Origin: Camelus ferus
Lineage: Eukaryota
Assembly (NCBI RefSeq): GCF_009834535.1
Contig: NC_045697.1
Coordinates: 114,144,001 to 114,208,000, forward strand
Length of the DNA: 64,000 nt
Direction: 5' to 3'
Shown: piece by piece, positions 1 through 12,322 of the stretch
How the letters are laid out: each line of letters starts with the position of its first letter
Numbering within the stretch: position 1 is the first letter of the stretch
Program-made: the position numbers and the translations under genes
The notes under the pieces: model-generated
What the model was told of the DNA's origin: nothing
Database searches by the model: none
The model's input: only the letters and a program-made list of their open reading frames with translations

Positions 1-136
1 TTATTTCCAAGGTTACAGACTTTAGTCATTTAAGGGAAGCTCAGAGAAGGCTTCATTCTCTATCTGTTGAATTTCAAATGTCTTCAGCTTAAAATAATAT
101 TTACACCAACTCCAAGGTTTCCAGTAGGTCCCCGCA
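1..136. mobile_element. Probable terminal part of an ERV LTR, cut by the window edge
   Basis: LTR-like sequence ending ...ggtccccgCA, resembling ERV1 LTR termini; family not identified. Confidence 0.35.
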
Positions 137-154
137 GAAACAAATGGGTCACAT

Positions 155-494
155 TGATGAAAGATAAACTGACACATAGTAACTATTTTAAGAGTTTATA
201 TAAGTAAAAATCAGTTCAGTTTGGGCAACACCAAAACAGAAGTGGTTAGGAGCACTCAGCCACAGGGAGCCAGAGGGAAGAATTATTTGGAAAAAACGTG
301 AAAGCAGAAAAAGGTCATTATTGGATTGGCTGCAGCCTAGCGCCTCAATGGCTGTTTGTGATTGGTTGTTCTTTGCATTTGGACTTCATAACTTTGAGGA
401 ATTTTCAGACTTAGATTTTTCTTTGCTTATGTAAGTCGCTGCGGCATTAAAGCCACCTCGGTCTAAATGGTCTCCTTGTTTAATTAACTTAACA
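155..494. mobile_element. Solo ERV1-type LTR
   Basis: TG...CA ends (tgatgaaag...ttaaca), flanks acat/acac (near 4-bp TSD), internal gattgg (reverse CCAAT) boxes. Confidence 0.55.
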
Positions 495-1551
495 ACACAC
501 ATTATGTGAGTGTTCTCACCAGAATTCTGTGTCATTTGAAATTGTAGTAAAGCTTTATATCTTCTGAAGCCATCTTCATAGGAGGAGGTGAGAGAACAGT
601 GATTAATGGGTACACAACAATTCACTTAGGCCTCAAAGTTCAGAAATGACCAGGCAAAGCTGGAGCCCATAAGACGTAGAAATGTTGCTAAAAAAAATAA
701 GTTAATGAATTTACAAATCAGACTGCTTTATAAATAATTCTGATCCAGGAATTTGAAATGATTTAGTGTGCACAAGGAGAAATATGTGATGAATCTATAA
801 GAAAACCCTTGGTAAGCCTGAGTTATATCCTTTTTTGCATCAGCGTGTGCTAAAAATTATTTTATCCAGATAAATATGTGATATTGATCGGAATAGGAAA
901 AGATCACTAGAAAATTTTAAATTAGAATTATAATGTGAAAGTGTTATGCAATTTTTTAAAATGTCCTTAGCTCTCTCTTTCTCTGTTACTTCTCCTTAAA
1001 GGCTCCTCTCAGAATTCTATCTTTTTTTTTATTCTTAGTTTTTCCTGATTCCAGAGTCTAAGAATGTTGTGCCTTCCTGCTCCAGGACTACTTCATTCCT
1101 TATATGTAGCTTATGAAATTGGGAAAGGGGAAAGAAATGTGGATAGAATGCATCCTCAAAAAAGGAGATCTAAAAAACTAGCCTTTCTGTTGTTTGACAG
1201 TGGTTGAATTCCAGGAGGAAAATACCCGAGACCTGTTTATAATATACATTTGGCTTTGGAAACGATGACAATAGTAGCCTTCCTTTGATTTATCAGGAGC
1301 CTTCTGTCATTGCTAGATTATGTTAACAGTAATAACAAATGTTTTCATGAAAGAGAGACTCAAGTTCTCTTAATGTACAAATGAAAGCCTCACCTGGGAG
1401 AAACAGCACAGAAAGACAGGACCGTCCAGATTCCCCAAGTCTACCACTGAGTGTTTCAGACTTTTCTGCATTAGTTCCCTGCTGCTGGCGTCCAGCTTGC
1501 ACAGGCACTCCTGTTTCCTTATCTGTTTGGTTCCCAACTGGTAAAACTACT

Positions 1552-1662
1552 ATATATAAAATAGATAATAGATAAATAGGTAAATAGCTAAATAGATAAT
1601 AGAATAATAGATAAATAAATAAACAGATAATAGATAAATAGATAAATAAAAAGATAAATAAA
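1552..1662. repeat. Degenerate (ATAG/AAAT)n simple repeat
   Basis: Run of atagata/taaata units. Confidence 0.85.
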
Positions 1663-1664
1663 AT

Positions 1665-4600
1665 TTTGTTTCTATTTTGGATTGTTCACTCACTGCTAGT
1701 TTATTAAAAAAAAAAAAAACATACTGATTTTTCTGTTTATTTTGTATCCGGTAACTTTCTTGAATTTTTTTATTAACTATCATAGTTTTTTTTTTTTTCC
1801 ATAGGTCCTTAGGATATTTATACGTATAAGCATGTTACATCTTCCTTTCCAGTTTAAATGACTTTTATTTCCTCCCCTACTCCCCAAGATTGTTCTGTCT
1901 GGAACTTTCAGTACAATATTGAGTAGATTGGGGAAACTGAGCACCCGTATTTTGTTCCTGATCTTAGGGGGAACGCTTTCAGTCATACAGTATGAGCTAG
2001 CAGTATTTTTTTTTTTTTTCTGTAAATGATCTTTATCAGGTTGTGGAAATTCCCTTCAATTCCTGGTTTGTTAAGTGTTTGTTTGTTTGTGTTTGTTTTA
2101 TTTTTTTAATGAAAACATATTGAATTTTATCCAATGCTTTTTTGCATCAGTTGAGATGGTCACGTTTCCCTCTTTCACTTATTGCAATGGTGAATTACAT
2201 TTGTTTTCATATGTTGAAAAATCTTTGAATTCTTGGAGTAAATCCCACTTGGTTATGAGGCATAATCATCTTAATATGCTGCTGGGTTGAATTCACTAGT
2301 ATTTTGTTGAAGATTTTTATATCTGTGTTCATAAGGGATATTGTTCTGTGATTTGCTGTTCTTGTGATAGCTTTTTGGATTTTGTAGTAGAGTAATGTTG
2401 GCGTCATAGAATGAGTTAGGATATATTCCTTCCTCTTCTGTTTTTAGAAAGTTCAAGAATAAGTGGGTAAGTTTTTAAAAATGATTGGTAGGTGTAATCA
2501 GTGAATTCATCTTGTTGGGAAGTTTTTGAAGTTGCTGCAAATAGCATTGCTTTATTCTTTTTCATGGCTGAGTAGTATTCCATTATATAAATATATGACA
2601 ACTTCTTTATCCAGTCATCTGTTGATGAACACTTAGGTTGTTTCCATGTCCTGGTTGTTGTAAACAGTGCTGCTGTAAACATTGGGGTGAAGGTGTCTTT
2701 TTTTTGAATTAGAATTCCCTTTGGACATATGCCCAGGAGTGGGATTGCTTGATCATATGATATGTCTATATTTAGTTTTATAAGGAATCTTTATACCATT
2801 TTCCATAATGGATACATAGCTTTGGGTTTCTTTATCTCTTCTTATTCCAGTTTTGTAAAATGTAGTTAGGTTATTGATTTGAGATTTTTTTTAAATGTAG
2901 GCATTTATAGCCTGGTTCTCTCTTAGCTCTTCTTTTTCTGAATCTCAGAAAGTTTAGAATGCTACGTTTTTATTGTCATTCACTTCAAAGTATTTTTAAT
3001 TTCCATTTTGTTTTCTTTTTTGATCTTTTAGTTGTTTAAAAATGTGTTGTTAATTGCTACATTTTTTGTGAATAGTCCACTGTGCTATTGATTTCTTGTT
3101 TTATTCCACTGTGGTTGGAGAAGATAACTTTGGATCATTTCCATTATTTAATGTGTTGAGACTACCCATGTGACTTACATATGGTTTATTCTAGGGAGTG
3201 TTCTATTTACACTTGAAAAAATTGTATATTCTGCTATTTGGAAGTGAAGTTTCCTGAAAATGATCATTAGGTTTAATTGATTCATTCTGTTGTGCAAGTT
3301 TTTTATTTCATTATTGATCTTATGTCTACTTATTTTCTTCCATTACTAAAAGTGGAGTGTTGAAGTATGCAGTTACTATTTTGGAACCATAAATTTTTCT
3401 CTTCAATTCAGTCAATGTTTGCTTCATATATTTTGGACCTCTGACATTTGTTGCTGATACGATTGTAATTGCTTTATCTTCTTGACAAAATAATTCTGCT
3501 GTCAATATATAAAATCCTTCTTGGTCCCCTGTAACAATTTTTGACTTACTGTCTGTTTTGCCTGATATAGTATAACCATCCCATCTCTCTTTTGGTTACT
3601 ACCTGCATGAGATATTATTTTCCATCCTTTCATTTTCAATTTGTGTCTTTAAAGTGAATTTCTCATAGATGGCATATAGTTGAATCACCTTTTTTCTTTT
3701 CCTATTCTTACACCTATCCTTCCCTATTCTGCCTTTTGAGGGAGAGTTTAATCCATTTAAATTTAAAGTAATGAATAGTAAGAAAGCAATTACTTCTCTA
3801 TTTTCTTATTGTTTTTCCATATGTCTTTTTTTTTTTTTTTTTTTTTGTCCTCCAATTTCTTCCATCATTGCCTTATTTTGTGTTCAAATGAGGTTTGGGT
3901 TTTTTTTGTTTTTGTTTGTTTTGTTGTTGTTGTTTGTAATGTATCATTTTGATTCTTTTCTCATTTCTTTCAGGCATATTTTTAGTTACATTCTTGGTGG
4001 TTCCCCTGGAAATTGTATTTAATCTCTTAAACTTATAATTATTCATTGTGAATCAATATCACCTTAGCCTTGATAGCATATAAACCCACTATTCCATAAG
4101 CTCTGTCCCTCACCCTGTATATTGTTGTTTTCCCAAATTAGATCTTTATTCACTATAGACACATTAATCTATATTTAAAATGATTAGTTTTTGCTTTATA
4201 GTGTCGTAGAGTTAAATGAAAAGAAGATACCACCCTAAAATACAATAATACTGGCATTTGTATTTACCTGTGTCGTTCCCTTTACCAATTCTTAAAAATT
4301 TCTTGATATGGTACTGAGTTAGTGTCTAATATCCTTTTATTTCTCTCTGGAGGACTTCCTTTGGAGGTCAGGTCTACAAGCACTGAACTCCTACACCTTT
4401 TGTCTGTCTGAGAATGTCTCATTTCTCCTTCAGTTTTGAGGGATAGTTTTACCTGCTACAGAATTCTTGGTTGTCAGCATCTTCATGTCAGCATGCAGAA
4501 GTTAACATCCCACTACCTTCTGCCCTCCATCGTTTCTGCTTAGAAATTAGCTGTTATTCTTACTGAGGATCCCTTTTAAAGAACAAGTCCCTTCTCTTGT

Positions 4601-5250
4601 TTCTTTCAAGATTCTTTCTCTTCATCTTCTAAAGTTCGATTATGTGTTTCAGTGTGAATATTTTTGTGCTTATCTTTCTTGGACTTCCTTGGATGTGTAA
4701 ACCCACCTAAAACTCTAGAAAGAATTTGTCATTATTTCCTTAGTTTCTTCTTCTGCTCCCTTTTCTCTTCCTCTCCTTCTTAGATTACCATGATTTATAT
4801 TTTACACATCTGGTGGCACCCCATATTCTCTTAGGCTTTATTCCTTTTCATTTTCTTCTTCAGACTAGACAATTTCAATTTACCTATCTTCAGGTTTTCT
4901 AATTCTTTCTTCTGCTGACTAATATCTGCTATTGAAAGCCTCTAGTGAATTTTGCATTTCCAATTATTGTAATTTTCAGAGCCAGGATATCTGGAAACAT
5001 GGCTGACATCCTCAACTCTACAACAGACCTGGGAAAGGGGATGAAAAAGAGCAAACAGAAGTGCCACAGAGATTTTCTACCACTTCCAAGTTGCCTTTTT
5101 CTGGCTTCAGTATTCTCTGGGTTTCCATTAAATTTTTACTATTTCCAGAGTTCTGATAAAGCAGATTCTGACAGTTTCTGCCCAGTATTTTGGTGTTTCT
5201 GTGGAAGGATGGGCCCTTAGAATATCCTGCTCCACTGTTAATGTTGATGT
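1665..5250 (-). mobile_element. Old, 3'-truncated L1 (L1M4/L1MC-like) retaining ORF2 remnants and a 5' end
   Basis: Minus-strand ORF2-like remnants (e.g. NHRTISLMNTDIKIFNKILVN..QQHIKMIMPHNQVGFTP, 2207-2407), T-rich + strand, and an old L1 5'-terminal motif near 5040-5250. Confidence 0.8.
2531..2811 (-). mobile_element. Internal fragment of a younger L1 (ORF2 C-terminus) inserted in the old L1
   Basis: Translates as [28 protein letters not shown]; homologous to about 20863-21140; no 3' UTR or poly(A). Confidence 0.75.
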
Positions 5251-6784
5251 CATCTTGCACAAAAATTTAAAATTAACCGTTCTGATTCACAGTTTTCCTC
5301 GTGTTACAGCTGGTTCAATAACTAAGAATGATAGTTTATTTCTGGTCAAATAGAGCCACACTCTCCAAACTGGCAATAAAATTTCTATGTGTTTCCCTTT
5401 CGTAAGTAACAAAACCCAACTCCTGTTGCACAGTCCTCCCACTGCATGATCATTTTCATGCCTGAGTTATGAAATGTGTCAACCAGCTCAATGAGCCTCA
5501 GTGCCAACTAGATGAGAATCAGCTAATAGTTATAAAGAAGAAAAGTGACTGAAACCATTGACTGAATAACTTTAAAATAGAATTGAGTCTTATCTTTATT
5601 ATTTGGGATTAAAAAAATCATAAAGTAATGTATCTGCTGTAATAAAAGCTTCTCATATTACAAATATTTCCCATATAATTTCAAGTTATAGGTACTCCAA
5701 CATTAACAAGAATATGCATTTTAGGAATTCATTATAATTCCTGTACTCTAATTTAATATATGGAAACATACTTTTCTTATATTTATTCTAAGCAAAAAAA
5801 ATGAACTTATTTTTCAAATGCATCCTTATTATTAAATATTTCCACAATTTTCTGTTCCTATATAAAAAGTGGCAGGATTTTGTACAGCATAATAATTAAA
5901 TTATGTTATCAATGTTTTTTGCATCTCTTAGATGATATGATTAAGGGTCTCAGTTAAAACTAAGAAGGTGATGTACTATGCTCATTGTCATTCCCTTTTC
6001 CTGTGGCTATAGTTTCTTAATATATTCTTATATTATTAAGTATTCTCTTTGTTAAAGACTAAAGCAAAAAATATACATTTAAATTAAAATTTTTTAAATT
6101 ACTGATTAATAAATTAAAATTAACTACTGGAAAACTTTTTCTATGACTTACATCACCAATAAAAGATAAGTTAAGTTTGAGAATAACTTATTCCTTTGAG
6201 ACAAAAATTTTAACTAAAGATACTACTTACTCATAAGAATGCAACAATTATATTATCTTACATCTATAGTTCTCACACAAAATGGAGATCAAAGACAATC
6301 ACTTTGACATGTACTGTACATTGAAATATTTCTTTAGTTATGTTATATTTTTATAAACTCTAATATTTATTATTTTTCAATATTGGACTTTTTACTGCTC
6401 TAATCTATCAACAGTACATTTTAATCAGCCATGGTACACAAAGATGAAGATGTGGACCAGTGTTTCATAAAACAAATTTTCTCATATAATATACCTTATA
6501 GGTAAAACTTGTGCCCAGCTTCTGGAATTTTAAAAGGATCATTTTTGCTGAATATTACTTTAAATGCTATATATATATGTATGTATACATATATATCTTA
6601 TTAAAATATTTCACAATGTAGTACCATTTGATGATGCATTTTGATCTTTTTGCATACAGTACAATATCAACTTTGTATCAAGCATTCATTTGTTCACTGT
6701 TCAGTATTCACCAGAGAATTTGCCAGCCCCAGACAATATAGTTGCGGAACTAACACATATCTTCGCTCTCTTGGGACCCAGATG

Positions 6785-7110
6785 TATTGAGACAAATGTA
6801 TTTAACAAATATTCCAATATGTAATCCTTTAATCACAATTTTGTTTAGATGTTTTGGAGAAAAAACACAGAATTCTGCAAAAGTGCATTGACACTGTAGC
6901 AGTAAAGTAGGACAAGGAAGGGTGGAAAGGAAGGGGGAGGTGGAGCCTCTTAGATGAGAAGACATGTCAGGAGAGACCTGTAGGATGATCGTGGGTTAGA
7001 CAAAGAAAGAAGGGTGTGTGGGTAGGAAAGAGAGGTGATTTCAGAGAAGTCAGTGTGTTGGAATGCCTCCAAGACCAGGAAGATTGTAACACGTAGGGCT
7101 GAAGTGTGAA
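6785..7110 (-). mobile_element. Degraded L2 fragment
   Basis: atttaacaaatatt start followed by purine-rich sequence typical of reverse-oriented L2 3' regions. Confidence 0.4.
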
Positions 7111-7299
7111 CCAGGTCACAAAGTCCAGCAGGCATATGAGCAGAGGGAGAGGTCTGCATATCTTGGCTTCTAAGTTTCATTCGTACCTCCAACTCCCAGG
7201 AGGACCCCAAAGCAGAAAAAATGTCTCTGAAGATGAAGAATCGTCCTCAGGAGGGGGACGTGGATGGGAGAGCAGGAGCAGGGACTTCGTCAGCACAAG

Positions 7300-8700
7300 G
7301 TTCTTCCCCTTCAGGCTTCTGCGCTGCCTGGTGGCCTTCATGCTTCCCTGTGGCTGTTGAGAACTCAGAAGCAATTCTGATTCCTCATCCATTTCGTGTG
7401 GCTGAACATTTTCTTTTTCCATGTGGGAGCCTGTAGATCATTCTCTTTGTTTTCGCTGTTTTAAAATTTCACTATGTGTCATGGCAAGAATCTATTTCAG
7501 TTTATTTTACTAGGCACTGGCTGAAATCTCTCAGTTTGGCAACTCATGTCCATCAGGTCTGGGAAATAGTTTAATAATTTTATTAATTATTTTTTCCCAC
7601 CATCTGTTTTTCTTCCCTCTCCATCTGGACATTCTATTATTTGTACTTTGGAATTCTGGAAATGATATCTATGTTGTTTTATATTTTCTTTCCTGTGTGT
7701 AATCTTTTTTTTTCCTATTTATTTATTTTCTGTAAGATTTTCTTAACTTTATTTTCCACACTTTCTCCTGAAGTTTTTTTTTTTAATTTAACAATCAAGT
7801 TTTTAAATCCCAATAGCTCTTTTGTTTTTTGTAAAGTTTTTTTCTTATTAATTCAGGATTCACTATTATGTATATCTTCCTAGAAATAAAAAATATTTCA
7901 TTTGTTTTCATAGTATTTTTCTCTCTGCATATTCTCATCCCATATTATTTTATCTGTTTGTTTATTTTGGCCTGATTTTCCACATTAGATAGTTTACTCA
8001 GATGTCCAGTTAATCATAGCTTCCTGCTTTTGATTAAGAGAAGGATATCCAAAAGCTGACTTGGAATTTCTGAGCACTGGGTAAGATTTTTAACCAAAAG
8101 CTTCACTGTGGGTGACCTGGGTGGATCAGTTTTAGGGAACTCCCAGAATGAAATTCCCTAGAGAAGAGTCTTTGAGTCATCTGCCTAAAGATGGTACCTG
8201 TGACTTCGGATTCTTGCAGGTGTTGGAATGGACTGCCCTGGGGCAGATGACAGCCTCTCATGATCCTCATTTTCCATGTGGGTGTGTCCTGAGTAAATCA
8301 ACCTCTAGACTTCTCCCAGGGTTGTACAGTGGAAGGGATCTGGAAATTTAACCACTTCTCAAAAAATTTTCAGCAGCCCTCCCTATTTCCCAATCACTGA
8401 GCTTTCATTTCCAAAGGTACTTGGTATTGCTGAGTGTATGTATGTTTTGAGGCATCTGTGCAGTAAATAAGGTTCTCTACCCACTACAAGGTTGGGAGTC
8501 AGCCTCCTTAGGGCAAGTAGGTCAGTTCCCATTTATCCATGTGCTGTCAGACTTCCAGTATTTCATTGTTGTCTGTTCTCCAGTTCTCCTCATCCTTGTA
8601 TGTATCTTTTAAAATAATTTCATTTTAGTGGTTTTGAAGGATTTAAAGAGGGGGCAAAATGATGTTTGTGTGTTCAATATTCCATAGTAGACCAGAAGGG
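7300..8700 (-). mobile_element. Ancient L1-related element (HAL1/L1ME-like 5' region)
   Basis: gctgttgagaa..caattctgattcct..cc and aactcatgtcc.tcag.tctgggaaat motifs recalled from HAL1/L1ME; long T-rich stretch. Confidence 0.5.
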
Positions 8701-8961
8701 TACGTAAGAGGACTATCTACACACATATACACATACTGTTTAGGTATATTGCATATATGTATGCAAAACATCAAAGAAACATCATTGCTTTCTTAATTTC
8801 TGCAATTCCCCAAAGAAATAAGTATCAAGAAACTCTGTTTCATGAAAGGAAGCTGTGTGTTGGGTGGAAATTGTTCCTATTTTTTGCTTGCTTGCTTGCT
8901 TGTTTGTTTAATAAAATATTAAAGAGAGGGTCTTTAAATCTATGCTTTTCTCAAGAATCTC

Positions 8962-9504
8962 TGTGAAGGATGTATAGATTTATCCTATTGGTTGCCATCA
9001 AGGCCACTGAGAAACCTAGGAAGGAAATCTATTAATTGGGCATGACTGGATGAAAGCTGAGTATAGGGAAACTGACTTAGGGCCAAAAAGACTGAGAATC
9101 AGAAGGCACGGAGACGTGTGCAATGGAGGAGGTAGAAGATGACACCCACCAGCTTGAAAAAAGCCCTCATCTTCTCCTGAACTGTTCCTGCCAAACATTC
9201 AGCCTTTAATTACTTCTCTCTGGTCATTACAGAAATGGCTCTGACCACGCAGCCCTAGATGTCACCCTGAATTTTTATAACAGAGACGTATTCCGTAACC
9301 CCAGCTTCCTTGGGTCTGTGCAGACTGCCATTGGTAAGCAGATGGACAAGAAGCAGTGTAGGACTGCCTTTTGCAGGAAGACGTGGGATGGTTGACTTGT
9401 TGAGGAAAGGTAGGGAGATCTGCATCCTTGATGCTGTGTTCCCAAGAGAATGAACTGGAAACAAAGATTGGGAATCAAATTGAGAGAAATAACTTGTCTC
9501 CACA
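8962..9504 (-). mobile_element. Old ERVL-type solo LTR (MER70-like, tentative)
   Basis: tgtgaaggat...gtctccaca, TG/CA ends, about 540 bp, GC-richer than its flanks; no clear TSD. Confidence 0.45.
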
Positions 9505-9944
9505 GTTTTCTCTCCCTACGATCTTTACGTTCTCATCCTTCTCTTTAATGACCCCTTACAAATGTCCTGCCAAATAGCGTCACAAAGGAGGAACTGGCCG
9601 GGGTTCTTACTTCCATAACTTGGACAGGACATTTCATACAGTAGAAGAAGTATGGTCCTGAGATCCAAAGTTAAATTGCTGCCCACATTTTACCGAAGAA
9701 CACTTTACACATAATGTTTATCTTCTGTAATATCATTAATAGGGCCCATAGTATTGAAGCATTCATGACTAAGTAGAGTTTGTGGGCTAACCTGGGAGTC
9801 TATCGTGTTACGTATTGTTTCAGTAAGTATTCATAGCACATAAACTCTGGATTGTAACTCCTTTGAAAATTGCCTACTTTTTGGTTTGCTTTTTAGAATG
9901 AAATAACCTGACGACAACAACATCAGCAGGGATAATACTGATGT

Positions 9945-10130
9945 TAGTAACAGTTGGCATGAAAGTTGTGCCCATTATCTGACAGGTACTAGTTTACAGG
10001 ATTTACATGCTTTAATTCACAGTAACTCACTAAGATCAGTTCCATTACCATCTCCATTTTACTCGTGAGAAAATGGAAGCAAAAATAAACCAAGGAAATT
10101 GCCAAGGTTACAGAACAAGTTACTGTTGGA
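9945..10130 (-). mobile_element. MIR SINE
   Basis: ccattttac...gagaaaatggaagc...ttgccaaggttacag core. Confidence 0.6.
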
Positions 10131-10429
10131 TTTTAAGTTACCAGTTTTTTAATGACTGAGGGGAAAGATACTTCTGGTCCTCTTGGAAAACTTCTGAGGT
10201 CCAAGTTGCTGTATTTCCAACTCTCCTTTCTACGTATACTTTTATTTACTTTTTTTTTTTTTTTTACAAAACATTCAGTCATATCTTCACCTATCATTTT
10301 ATATAGGTGACTGTAAAACTTAGATTCCTGGGCTTTCTACTAAGATCAAGTTTTCATTTCCAAATGCCTACAATGCATATCTCCTGTATGTTCCACAAGA
10401 ATCACACAAATCAATAGAAATGGCATCCA

Positions 10430-10650
10430 GGCAGAATCACATAATTGCTAAGTGTTCAAATAGACTTGAGTTTGAAACTTGGTGTCATCACTCACAACTT
10501 TGTGACTTAGGACATGCTAAGTAGCCATTCTGAGCGAATTCCTTCCTTATTTGTAAAACGGGAAACAAAGAGCACTTACTTCATATGATTGGCTAAAAGA
10601 TCAGAGGAGGAAGAATGCTTCAGGAAACGTTTTAGGCAGTGTACATAAAC
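10430..10650 (+). mobile_element. MIR SINE
   Basis: gacttgagtttgaaac...tgtgacttaggaca...tctgagc...ttccttatttgtaaaacggg core. Confidence 0.65.
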
Positions 10651-11876
10651 TGTAGTCATTAGAAAGGGGACTTGGTTTGGAGATGTTTTCTTATTCGTTT
10701 CTACTTGAGAACTCTCACTCAAAGAACTAAATACATAGAGCTATATTGTTCTTTTTTATGTGTAATTTTTGAAAGTATACGATAAGCAATTATTTAGAAA
10801 CAAACAGTTTAGGAAGAGATACAGGAGATTTTGCTAGATGGCCTTAACTGGGACAATAAACATGGTGGGCTCACCCACTTAGGAAATGATGACTCTGAAA
10901 CCACTGGTAAGGACGATGTAAAACTGATAGCAGGGTCAAGTTTTGTGAAACACAGAATACTGCTCTTTTGTCTCCCTTTGCTCTTCTGTTTCCAACACAT
11001 TTCCACCTGTCAAAAGACTAACCATTAAAAAAAAAATCCCTGATCAAATCTGACTTTTATTAGGAAGCTTTTATTACTTTCCTTCAAAATAAATGTCTTC
11101 CACCTCCAAACATCATATCGCTTTGTATCTCCCATGTGACAAGGTTTTTTTTTTTTGTACCTTACAAAGTATTTGTTTTAATTGTATCCCATCCCTACTA
11201 AAATATAGTGCCCTGTGAGCCTACGCACATGGCATGTATCTTAGCGTACAGTATGCTAAGGGCATTACGTTTATGTAAAGTGTTCTATAATTTAGCCTCT
11301 ACACCAAAAAAGGAGAAGATGGGCAAGGGGAGGAAACATGGATCATCACCGAGTTGCAAACACCATAAACTATCAGTCCAGTGGGATCCTGAGGCCCTGA
11401 AGCCTGAGATACAGAATGAGAGAAGGCCCTGGAAAAGAGCCTTGGTGCCAGATATGTTGGCAGAGTAGGGAGACTGAGGAGCCAGATCACAAACTAACTT
11501 TTACAACAAGCCTGCCATACCTGTCTGCCAATGACGTGAAACAGATAAACAATATTATTATCTAAGCAAATTATACATGATCTAACAGTGTATATGCAGA
11601 AGATTATCATATGTAAATTAAAACATTTAAAAAAAAAGTATTTAAAACCATATTTCTTTATGTATCGTAGTGTCCTGGTCTGTTTTGTTGTACTAACTTG
11701 TACAGAGTTTATCAATGGTTTGAAAAAACCAAAAGCCAGTGATGGGAAGGACACCACAACCAAAATATTCAGAAGGCTAAGAGAACAATGCAATTAGCTA
11801 AAAAAAAATTAATAAAATAATTTTTAAAAACAATTTAAAAACTTCTGGTTAAGCAATTAATTTAAATATTAATTTC

Positions 11877-11927
11877 ACACCAGAAATTGACACAACATTG
11901 TAAACTGACTATACTTCAATAAAATAT
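11877..11927 (+). mobile_element. 51-bp L1 3'-terminal stub
   Basis: acaccagaaattgacacaacattgtaaactgactatacttcaataaaatat is identical to 62881-62931, the 3' end of the TSD-bounded L1. Confidence 0.9.
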
Positions 11928-11953
11928 GTGCCTATCTATCTATCTATCTATAA

Positions 11954-12143
11954 AATTGGCTGTGGATAAGTGACACAGTTGAGAATGGAATGCAAGTATC
12001 TTTAATTATACCAATCTGCAAAGTCATGCTATTTTTCATCAGTACTCAGTCATCTCACTTGGAAGAGTGGAGAGGTAAGATCATGGCGCTGTTCAGAGCA
12101 ACGGTCCTACTTGTCCTGTGTGGTGGAAGGATTTGAATGGAGG
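11954..12143 (-). repeat. Inverted copy of unique segment 13000-13187
   Basis: Manual alignment to the reverse complement of 13000-13187 gives about 12 substitutions and 2 nt of indel over 190 bp. Confidence 0.95.
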
Positions 12144-12146
12144 CTG

Positions 12147-12194
12147 CCAGGGGCTTCTCTCATTCTGTATCTCAGGCTTCAGGGCCACAGGATC
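12147..12194 (-). repeat. Inverted copy of unique segment 11385-11432
   Basis: 46/48 identity to the reverse complement. It is also visible in the ORF track as DPEALKPEIQNERRPW (+) versus DPVALKPEIQNERSPW (-). Confidence 0.95.
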
Positions 12195-12198
12195 TCTT

Positions 12199-12322
12199 AG
12201 ATATAGATAGATAGATAGATAGGCAGACAGGCAGACAGACAGACAGACACATGGTATGTGTATGTGTGTGTGTATACATATATGTATATACACATATACA
12301 TATATACACACACACATACACA
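12199..12322. repeat. Compound microsatellite (GATA)n-(GACA)n-(TG)n-(TA)n-(CA)n
   Basis: Read directly from the sequence. Confidence 0.9.

Noticed and set aside
7106..7436. Three overlapping ORFs with an acidic/Ser/Gly stretch
   Set aside because: They sit at the junction of decayed repeats, and I recognise no protein or parent gene.
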